Below, in pieces: positions 52,911 through 64,000 of a stretch of DNA of 64,000 nucleotides. The position numbers and the translations under genes are program-made. Position 1 is the stretch's first letter. Each line of letters begins with the position of its first letter. The notes under the pieces were generated by a model. The model worked only from the letters and a program-made list of their open reading frames with translations. It was not told where the DNA came from and did no database searches. This DNA is from Geosiphon pyriformis uo1 (taxonomy: Eukaryota > Fungi > Glomeromycota), in assembly GCA_016748015.1 (NCBI GenBank), contig JAAOMT010000494.1, forward strand, positions 736,190 through 800,189, read 5' to 3'.

Positions 52911-55900
52911 TTTGGTGCTTTCTGTAAAGTATAATCTTACAGAGAACCAGCACCAACAAATAAATCAACAGTGACAAAATCAGAAAGTATAAGAGCAAAC
53001 TATTTAGGATTCACAAAATTCTTATTTCAACACTACTGTCAACACTTGGAATTGAACCACAATCAGATATCAGCAGAATCAGCCTTTAATTTCTATGTTA
53101 ACAAAAGAATTGCCTATTTGTTAGGAACACCAGTAAACACTGAATCAGTGAAAGAAACTTTTTACCACAAATTAATCCAAAACACCAGCTTACCAACAAA
53201 TTATAATTTCACATCCATTATTACTAAGATTAATAAAGAAATTAAACATCACACACAACAAAGATACTCAATTACTTATGCCAGTAAAGGCAAAGGAAAA
53301 TTACAAACACCAGCAGTAACACCTTAATGGATCTAACCACTTACTTGGAAGAAACACAGAATTGAATTACCTACAAATTCATCATATCATTATACTCCTG
53401 GAAGTGCCATCAATATTGCATCAGTAGGCGTGTCTATATCAAATATGACATCAACATTTAGACAATTTCCATTTCAAAGTAAACAAAGGAAAGAAGATCT
53501 ATTAGAACCATATGGCGCGTACTTCAAGGAATTCAAATCAAGATCATCAACACCATCAGGAGTTTGATTACCACCACCTCAACCAGATTTTGGAATTACT
53601 AATCTGTAGGAACCAACTGAATTGGAAAAAGAAGAAGAAGAGGAAGAAGAATCTGAAGATCAAGAATTTATTTACCAGAACCTGATTACTGAGAACCTGA
53701 ATATTAGAACCCTGAATTTTCAGATTCAGCAAGATCAAAATCTAGAAAATCCAGAAATCAAAACTCTGCCAAATCAGAACAACCAAAACCCCAAATTAAT
53801 TAATTAACAAAACTTATCTCCAAATATCATCATCAATCAGCCACCAATTGAACTGATTATTGAACTGATTCAACAACAGCAAATATCCTTTCAACAGCTA
53901 TCACTATAGCAACTTATCCAGCAACTGGGTTAACAACTGCAATAATAGCTTCAACTACCAATACAACAACAACAACCGATTGTGCCAATGGCTTTGGCAC
54001 CAATCACAAAACTTGAGAAGTTCACCAGTAAAGAGGACAACACCTAGGCATGAATCAATGACATTGCCAAAGCCATTACTGCAAATAATTAGGATGACAC
54101 AAGAACAATGTAAGTCATCCCATATTTCCTAAAGAATACCACCAACTCATAGTATTATAGCTTAGCCCAGAAACCTCAAAATTTTAATGCATTTAAAATA
54201 GAATTCCTAAAATATTTCAGTAATAATAACAGCATCAATCATCTGGCAAGTACTTTTACCACCCTAAAGCAAGGAGACACAGAAGCAGTCACCACTTACT
54301 TGAGATGCTTCCACAGAAATCTGCACCAAATCCAAGCTATCCAAGCTGATTACTTTACAGTGCCACAAATCTTAAATCAGTTCATCAGAGGCTTATGCAG
54401 CAGTATCCTCCAATGAGTACATCCAATACATTCAGTAGACCTTCCTACTGTAGTCACTTATGCTAGAGATTTTGAAACTGCTGAGTTAGAAGCCAACCAT
54501 GCCCAAGCTGTGAATTTAGTAATGAATAGATCATCTGACTTGGATTCTAAACTGAAACAATTCAGTAATTTCATTAATCAAAAATTAGAGAGATACTTAG
54601 CTGACAATTGCTCAATTTATTAGTCTCCTCAATAACATAATAATCAGAAAAACATGAATTATTTCCAAAATCAGTCATGTCCATCATCATCAACAAATCA
54701 GCCATAGCAACAAAAAATGCAAATCTGCCACAACTGTGGTAAACAAAGTCACATTAGAGCCAATTGCTGTGCTTATAGTAACTCATGATTAGAAAATCAA
54801 TATTGGAATCTTGATCACCAGTTCCCAACTCCAAATCATTACTCGAATCAAAATCAATATCAATCCGCTTACCTGCCAATAACACTGCCAATTTATCAAA
54901 CACTGATATATTAACCTCAATTATATCAACTGCAGTCATCTATAATATATTAACCACAACCACAAATAGTCTATCAACCACAACAATTAATTCAAACACT
55001 GTCCCAAAACCCATTTATGATAACATCCAGAAACCCCAGATCCCAAGTAACCCAAAACTAGAAATTGGTGATAGTGGTTCACCAATCAATCCCCAGTTTA
55101 TCAAATCAACCATTAGGATTATGCCAATAGAGTTCAAGAACTGGATATAACCAAAACCTGAGTTCTCAGAACTACTTAAGTTTTCTGGTTACCCCAGAAA
55201 ATGCTACATTCAGCAAACAGGAAACCAACCAGAAGCCACTTACCTGCAACATTTCACTAGCTGCCAGCACTAAAGATGAATTACTTGCTACCATATTCCC
55301 ATTTAAACTTAAGGAAATCACATCAGTTTTATTATTCAGTGGAGCTGCTCTGGACACCAAACCAATAACCATGATGTATACTGATGCCAAAGTTGATGGT
55401 CAGTATATCAAACTGATCTTAGATTGTAGATCAGTTGGCAGCATTATCACCAAACAACTTATGGATCAATTAGGTTGTCAAGTTGACTGAACTGCCAGTG
55501 CAAGAATCATCACAACCAATGAAGCAACCAAAACTCCTATTGGCAAGATTGACAACTTCTCTTTTGAAGTCAACAGCATCATAGTCTCTATCAAAGTTTT
55601 GGTAATAGAAGCCACTCAATACCAAGCACTAGTTGGTAATAACTGGCTCACTAAAACAAATGCCATACTGGATTGGACAACGCAAGAGCTCCAACTCAGC
55701 CAAAATGGTTGACATACACATGTACCAGCCATGTACAGCCACTTTAAAACCATCAACACACCAGCACCACTTATTAAGTTTAAGAAAGAAGAGAAAAAAC
55801 CTACCTGGAAAGTCTATTAAGTCTTGTGGGCTGACAATGACCACAATAAACTACTACCAATACTCTGTTGGGAGACAATGACAATAAAAAAGGAAAACAA

Positions 55901-58900
55901 AGAAAAGAACATATCTGGAGAACTACTGTCGATGCTTGAACCAATGACAGCCAAAGTGAGTTGCTACCAACAATAAGCTGGGAGGAAAAAGGGAAAGAAA
56001 AAGAAAAAGAAAAAAATGTACCTGGAGAAATTAAACCCACAAAAGACACAACCAAAGGATAGACAAGCTCATACTCCATTCGCCAGCTGCTATTACAGCC
56101 ACCATTTATTTCACTTAAATGCAAAGACTGTGGAAAAAAACTCTTTTCCATGGGAGTATGAATCGTGCCAGATGAAGACCATTGAATGTGAACACATTAT
56201 TATTGCAAACTGTGCTATTGCGAATGCTATGGATATTCAAAACACCAAGACAAGTGGGACAACAAACCATGTCTCACTTGTGGTAAACAGCTACTTGATG
56301 AAAGGATGTGGAATGACATTCCTAGTTGAGGAGGAACATGTGACACTTCATGCCAGTACATAATTCTCATTAGTAACTGGGTGAGTTGTAGCATGCCCAT
56401 AACAGCAGCTTAACAGAGAGCAATTAACCAATTGGATGACTACCCACACAATGAGGATGAGATCTGGCAAATGGCAAATGCCAAAGTTCAAGGAGCCATG
56501 CCCAGTGAAATTTTAAAAGTTAAAAACAACCCATCTGAACAAGTTGACATTATTCTTGTTCCAAATCCAGATGCTTTTCTCGACATAAAAACCAATCCAG
56601 AAGACTTCCATGAGCATTACCAAAACTTGGCGCCCACCAGAGAAGAACAGAAAGAGTGTTTAGCACAGCTAAACACTTGATTATGTGACTACTGTTTAAT
56701 TCTATATGACTTTCAATATTGTAATGAGTGTGACCTTATTTACAACCCACCAATCCACATGATCTACACAATCCCAGAAGAAAAAGAACTAATCAGTAGC
56801 TGCACATTAGAATCAGAATCAATTTTCAATCCCAACTCAAATCCTAACAACGATAATGATAAAAATAATGGTTCCAGCTCTGTTCAAAATAGCAATAACA
56901 ATGACAACAATTCTAACTCAGATTCAAACTCCAATTCAAACTACAAACAATATATTGCACTCCTTGACCTCACCAAGAAGCAGGAACTAAAATGGTTTAG
57001 CAACAATAATGAAAGTATCATGCCAGAACATGCGCATAATACTGATGCAGAGTTTGATCTGAAATATCCTGGAAAAGATGCTATCAAATTGGAACCACAT
57101 TCATGTACTTGCATTGATCTAAAAATAGCACTGGGAATTCTAGCAACCACAATGGTTCAACTAGCATCTAAGAGTAGTCTAGCAAAAAGAGGAATTAACA
57201 TCAGAGGAAGAATAATTAACACAGGATATGTGGGAAATATCATTGCTATGCTATAAAATGATTCAGAAAAAACCTATGTAATAGAGCCAAACAAAAAAAT
57301 AGTGCAGACAATATTTCTGCCTCTGGTCAAAATAGCTCAGTTAGTATCAATAGGAAATAGGAAAGAATTAGGAATAACAGCAAGAGGAATACAGAGATTT
57401 AGATCAATAGGTAGAGTAGATATATCAGTTAATATAGTGGAAGAAGAGATTATTGACAAGGGAAAAATTATCTTTACCAGTCAACTAATTTCATTCCACC
57501 ATATGACCAGTATATGATAGTCATAGAAAGGAAAGTGAAGAATCAGAACCAGATTTTTGAGACAGAAGCAGCACATTGTAAATCAGGAGAAATTGGACTC
57601 ATCAATCTTTACATACTAGCCAGGAACTACAGCCACATCAAAATTCCCATTTACAACAACACTGAAAAGGTTATGGAGATACCAGAAAGAACCATTATAG
57701 GACATTTAACTACTGAAATAGAGGACCAACCACCAAACCCCATTCCAGACTTTTCACAGCTTTGTGAATATGTTGACATCACATCACAAACAATATATAG
57801 ACGAAATAAATGTTATTTGCTCCAATCAGAACAATTGGAACAAATGAACATGGGAAATCTAGACACACTTCAATGCATACAGCTGAAAATATTGCTCAAC
57901 AAGTTCAATAACATCTTTGCCAGCGAGAATGAATTTGGCAGAACTGACATCATCCAACACCAGATCAAAATTGAAGATACTATGCTAATAAAACAATGAG
58001 CATATAGAGTACCACCTGCCAGCCATGAAATTATTTGTCAAGAAATCAACCGGATGCTTGACAATGGGTTAATTCAGCCATTAATAAGCCCATGGTCATT
58101 ACCAATAGTACTTGTCCAGAAAAAGAATGGAAAAATCTGCTTTTGCATGAACTACAGGAAGCTTAATAGAGTCATGCATAAAGACAGCTATCCAACTCCA
58201 TGGATTCAGGAATTATTTGATGCTTTTGGAAGAAACAAATGGTTCTTAACATTGGATTTAGATAGTGGTTATTGGCAAGTAGCCATAGATCCAGTGGACA
58301 AAAAAAAGACCACATTCACAACACAAGAGGAAAATTTTGAATTTGAAGTAATGCTATTCAGCTTAACAAATGCACCAGCCAAATTCCAATGGCTAATAGA
58401 AATAGTATATATCAGCTTGTTATAGAAATCAGTAGTCATTTATTTAGATGACACCAATGTGTTCTTCAAAACATTCAATGATTATTTGCATCATCTACAA
58501 CAAGTGTTTGAAAGGCTACGATGAGCAGAACTAAAGTTAAATGCCAATAAGTGCTTCTTTGACAAGACAGAATTAAACTTTTTAGGGCACATAATAAGCA
58601 AAGACAGCATCAAAATGGATCCAAAAAAGATAAAAATAGTCAAGAACTTTCCAGTACCAATCAATGTGACAGAGTTAAAATCATTCTTGAGATTCATAAG
58701 CTATTATTGATGCTTTATCAAAAACTTTTCCAAGATAGCTCAACCACTCAATTATTTCCAAACCAAAAATGTGAAATATGAATGGACAAAAGCACAACAA
58801 GAAGCTTTTGATATTCTAAGAAGAAAGCTTATACAAGCTCCAGTACTGATCTATTCAGATTACAACAAACCATTTATTATTACCACCGATGCATTAGGCC

Positions 58901-59954
58901 AAGCATTGGGAGCAGTACTATCACAGAGAGGACCAGATAGAAGAAAACATCCAGTTGCATATGCCAGCCAAGATTTAATTCCAGCTGAAAGAAATTATGG
59001 AACACCAGAATTAAAACACTTAGCAATTTATTGGGCAGTCATAAAATAGAGCAAATACTTAAGCCAGAAGTTTGATATATATACAGATTACAAGAGATTA
59101 ACAGCACTTCATAAACAAGAATTTGGAGATGGAAAACAATTAAGATGGAAAATGGCACTATTACTATATACTTATACTATACATTATAAAAAGGGAAAAG
59201 ACAATAAAAATGCTGACAGTTTGTTGTGAATGAGACAAATCTAAAACATCTTAACACAAAAATATAACAAAAGATGAACATACAAAAATATTAACAACTA
59301 CAACATTATATAAATACTCAACAGTTCAAAGAGAAATTATTTCAAAATAAGTAAAATAATATCAAACAACAATCAAAATATTTTATCAATTATAAAGATA
59401 TACTTTACTGGAAAAACAGAAAAAATTCAGATCAACCAATAAGAGTTGTCACAGAACCAGAGAAAGAGACAATATTATTCAACATGTATTCAAATCCAAC
59501 AGCAGAACATTTTTATAAAGAAACAACCATGGAAAGAACAAGAAAAAGATATTATTGGTCATCAATGTATTCAGATATCATTCAATATGTTCAGAATTGT
59601 GACGCTTGTTAAAGAAGAGGTGGAACAAAACCCAATGAACTATTAAGACCAATCAAAGTGAAACAATTATTCGACCATATTGGAATTGACTTAGTCGGAC
59701 CATTAACAATTACCAGCAGAGGCAACAGATACATTGCAGTAGCTATGAACTATCTCACAAAATGGCCAGAAGCAAAAGCCATTCAAAAAGCAGATGCAGA
59801 ATCTGTTGCCAAATTCATTCATCAAGATTTGATTTGTTGACATGAATGTTCAAAAAAACTACTATTAGATCAAAGAACTCACTTTGGGAACAGAACATTA
59901 GTGGAATTAAGTCACCAATTTGGAATCAAAAGACCAGTATCATCATCATATCAT
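52074..59954 (+). mobile_element. Family C copy C2 (5' LTR to mid-integrase, cut by D1)
   Basis: LTR 52074-52910, PBS 52913-52929, gag-pol 52971-59244 with dUTPase at about 57020-57430, integrase from 59274. Confidence 0.92.
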
Positions 59955-62900
59955 TGTTACCAGTAGAATTTTAGCTATTAATTAGCATGAAATTACTCTT
60001 ATAATTCCTATAATTCATTAGTATATTAATATCATTTCAAATTATCATTTATTATTTAATCAATTATTACATATTACAATTCAATTAAAATAATCTAATT
60101 AGTATAACAAAAAGTAAGATGATCAAATTACACAATACCCTGAACTTTGTAACATTCAAAAATTCGCCAAAATTTACAGAAATTCACCGAAATTTATAAG
60201 AAATTCCCCGAAATTTACAGAAATTTGCCAAAATTATGAATAGTTCACCCAAATTAATCAATAGTTCAGCAAAATAACTTGTAGTTCATCAAAATGTATC
60301 TTTAGTTTGCCAGAATTTGGGCAAAGAGAAAAAGTGCAAGTTCATAAACTAGTACTACAACAAATTGTATAAAAGAAGAGCTTTTCTCTTCTGAAAAATG
60401 TATCTTACTTTAGATTTATCTCTTAAAAACCATTCCTATACACACAAAAAAAAATAAATATCAAATAATTCGAAAAACCAAATTCTTTAATTATTGTACT
60501 TGGAAAAATTCTCAAAATCCAACTAACATTTTGAAATTGATTAGCTACCAATTTCAGTAAACTGTTAATAACTCCAGGCCTGGATAGAAAACGTTTCTCT
60601 TGACAAAATTCTATTTCTTTTACATTTTTTTTATTTTTCTTTTTTTTTCTTATTACAATCATTAGGGTAGCCTACAGACAAGATTTCTGTAGAAGAGTTG
60701 ACTTTCACAGCAAAGTAACTATACATTTTAGTAAGCTTCCAGATGAGCAATTCCTGGGAAAGAGTTGACATTTATTACAACATAACTACATAAAGCAACT
60801 GGCATGGAATTGGCCATTCCACTTATAAGCCCAGCAGTTCAAATTATAGGAGATAATTTGAAGATAAATTCAGTTATTGGAGGTTTAACTACTTCTAGAA
60901 AACGTGAATTCACAACAAACAGACATTAACAATGTTTAAAAAAAGAGACCAAAAACCTCCGGTAATATTTGGTGCTCTCTTATGGAAATAACACAGAAAC
61001 AACAAATTCAAAGTGGCGACCACACCAAACACAGCAACTTTAGAGTATTACCAGTCAATTTACACCCACTGTAAGCAAAGATTCAACATTCCAGACGGAA
61101 TTGAAATTGTAAAGAAATCAGTATACCAATACATTGAAAACCGCATCAACAATTATCTTTTTGAAAACTACAATGTTTCAGAAGTTAGAAGTAATCTCTA
61201 CAATAATTTAGTGCATTATTCACATTTGGGAACAGAAGACCTGAACAGTGAAACACTTGCTACCTACTTCCAAGAACTTAATTTTAATATTATTAAGCAT
61301 TGTGAAGAAAAATACCCAGTACAGTCTAAATACTCTTTTGACTTTGAATCAGAGACAGAAACAAGCAACAAAAACAAACAAAGATTGAAGCAATACTCAA
61401 GAACCACTCTAAACACTCCAACACTACAAAAGACAACTGCCAAACACTTGCAAATACCTGAACAAGGAACTAGTGTCAAATTACCACTTTCTATTACACC
61501 ATTTCCAATTTCACTTGTTCAACCACAAACACCAAGTTCACCACTTAGCCGTTTCTCCAGACCAGAAGATTTTCAGTCACCTAGAAATCCTACTCAACAG
61601 CAGGAACCAATATCAACAAGTGCCAATATCATTGATTACTTACAGGAAAACGAAAGTAATCATTCAGAAAGCTTGGAAAGTAAAGAAACTGAATCAGAAC
61701 CAGAAGAAATTCCAGAAAACGAAAAAAAAATGGCAACTGCTTACATTGCAAAAATTTCAGAATTTACTGGTGAAGACAATGATACCAGTCTCCAAGAATG
61801 GCTTGACAAAGTTCAAAAAGCAGGAGATGCAAATGGTTGGATTGCAGCAAGAATGCTCAAAGCAATTCCCTACTTTCTCCAAAGAACAGCAGAAGAATAA
61901 TTTGAAAATTTAGAAGAACCATTTGAAAACTGGCAAGCATTCAAAGATGCTTTTCTACAACAATTCACCGACAACAATACCTCTATCACTTTCAGAAACC
62001 GCTTTTGCAATATCAAACAAGAAACATTTGAATCTGTTATGACCTATCTTGGAAGATTTAACAAACTTTTCAGATGAATCCGACAATTGGAAACCAATGA
62101 CTACTATTCTGATGCTCAAGTTCTGGATCAGTTTATAGCAGGGTTAAAAGACAAACTAATTAAGAAAGTCCGTCCACATGTTTCAGCAGACTTAGCAACT
62201 GCTATTAGACATGCAAAGAGCTATGAAATGGCAATGGAAGAAGCAAATCACACCAAGCTTGTAAACCTTGCAATTGGAGAAACCAGCTCAGCAGCTGAAA
62301 AGAAGATAGACCAACTCACAAAAAAAGTTGAAAGCTACTTCACAAACTAACAACAACAGCAACAACAACCACAAAGATATCAACTCCCACAATGACGCAA
62401 CCAAAACAATTTTGGATTATCATCCAACAACCAATTTCAAAATTGTCATTATTGTGGAATTCCAGGACACTGGAAACGAGATTGTAGGAAATTACAAAGA
62501 AACCAACAAAACAGGAGTAATCAACATTACTCTTCACTACAACAATTCTATTACCAATCTCCACCACCAACTTATTATTCACCAAGACCACAAAATCAAA
62601 ACAGTTACTATCCACCAGCTCCACAATCAATGCAGCAACAATATCAGCAACCTTTACCAATTCAGCCATATCAGACACCACCCACTCAACAATATCAAGT
62701 ACCAGCAAGAAAATTGGTTCAACATAACCAATCCACACCCCAAAATCAATTGCAGAATAACCACAACAGAATCAATCCAAATAACCAGTTGGTTCCCTGA
62801 AATTCGGGCCAGCAAAGACCCAATCACTATCACACTCAATCTAGTTATCTCATAATACCAGAGGAATCGGATTTTCAACAAACTGCACTTTCTGAAGGTG

Positions 62901-64000
62901 AAATTACAGCACCAAGATCAAACTCTTCCAACCACACCATTCCCCCAGCTCAAATTGTCCAAAATGCTAATCTGTCAGATATATTTTCATTTGAATTTGA
63001 AGCAAATGAATCACCATTTCTGCTTAGTAATGCAGCAGTCAATGAACAGAAAGCAATTACTGTCATGTACACAGAAGCTACAGTGAAAGAAAAACCCATA
63101 TGCTTAATCTTAGATAATGGATTAGCTGGGAGTATTATTACTTACCAGCTGATGCAACAACTCAAACGAAACATAGACAGACCAGCTCAAACAGTTATTG
63201 TCACAGCTGATGGTATGAAGAAGACTCCAGTAGGAGAAATTGATGATTTCCCTTTTTCAATTGATGGAATCACCATTCCAGTTAAAGTTCTTGTTATGGA
63301 TGCACCCCAATATCAAGCTCTAGTCGAAAATGATTGGCTTCTCAAGGCCAATGCAAACCTGAACTGGAAAACTCAAGAACTTAAAATCTCATACCAAGGA
63401 CAATATACCATAGTACCTGCAACCTGTGGTACCTTTAACAAACGATCAGAAAAAGCTCCAGTATTTGAATTTGAAGAGAAGAAAGAAATACCACTTACTG
63501 AAACCTACATGGCTCTTGGATCAACATCCAATTGGGCTGAAGAAACTGAACAAGAAATTTTTGAAGAATCAAGGGGATGGAAGAAAGTTAGATATTCTAC
63601 ACCAGAACCACAGAAACAACCACTCTATATTCCACTCAAATACAAAGATTGCAACAAAAAACTTTCATCAATGGGAGCATGTATTTCTCCAGAAGAGGAA
63701 TATGAAACTTGTATCTTTTACTTTTGCAAAGCATGCCATAGAAAACGATTTGGATCTCCAAAAAGAAGTAAAAAATGGGACAGCACACTTTGCCTTACAT
63801 GTGGAGAAATACTACCAGAAGAATGCAATTGGATTGATGTAGCAATGAGAGAAGGAGTATGTGATCAAACCTGTCAATATGCTCTATCAATTTCGGAAAA
63901 AATCAGAAGAGGGACACCATTTGATGCAGCATACAACAGTGCTTTCAATAAACTTTACCACTACCCTTATGATGCTGAAATGATTTTTGACCTAGCAATG
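59955..64000 (+). mobile_element. Family D Ty3/Gypsy element D1, 5' portion
   Basis: LTR 59955-60967 with ~21-bp AAATTCACCGAAATTTACAG-type repeats at about 60158-60245. PBS TGGTGCTCTC at 60970. Gag, CCHC, protease and the start of the Cys domain follow. Confidence 0.88.
61013..64000 (+). pseudogene. gag-PR-Cys domain of D1 (partial)
   Basis: MATAYIAKISEFTGED capsid start, CHYCGIPGHWKRDC knuckle and LILDNG protease in one frame. Confidence 0.85.

Noticed and set aside
61473-61913. Alternative-frame sense ORFs overlapping D1 gag (61473..61913, 62328..62855)
   Set aside because: They are low-complexity off-frame readings of CAA-rich gag sequence with no independent support.

Overview
The whole 64 kb window is AT-rich eukaryotic repeat DNA with no recognisable host gene. 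The protein style resembles Glomeromycotina (Geosiphon-like) fungi, but that is recall, not a search result. It is a deeply nested stack of decayed Ty3/Gypsy LTR retrotransposons plus two non-LTR elements. The LTR elements have TGTTA...TAACA ends, 4-bp TSDs and a shared tRNA-Ile(UAU)-like PBS. I call them families A, B, C and D by LTR type. Three copies are complete with matching TSDs: A2 (2273-12326), C1 (20598-30568) and B2 (33622-43846). The others are cut by later insertions or by the window edge. The inferred layout is unusual for Ty3/Gypsy. Gag-pol stops after RNase H, and integrase is a separate ORF with its own ATG. A conserved ~210-aa ORF3 follows integrase. Families B/C carry a five-motif dUTPase behind a large unknown Cys-rich domain, which D also has. 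Gag in B/C/D appears to start at a conserved GUG, while family A uses a UUUAAAC -1 frameshift. A U5 hairpin containing a tRNA-3'-end mimic pairs with the PBS. An ORF1-only (HAL1-like) non-LTR element shares a structured 3' tail with an RNase H-containing LINE. All copies show heavy C:G to T:A mutation that is mostly outside CpG. Coordinates and alignments were read by eye.
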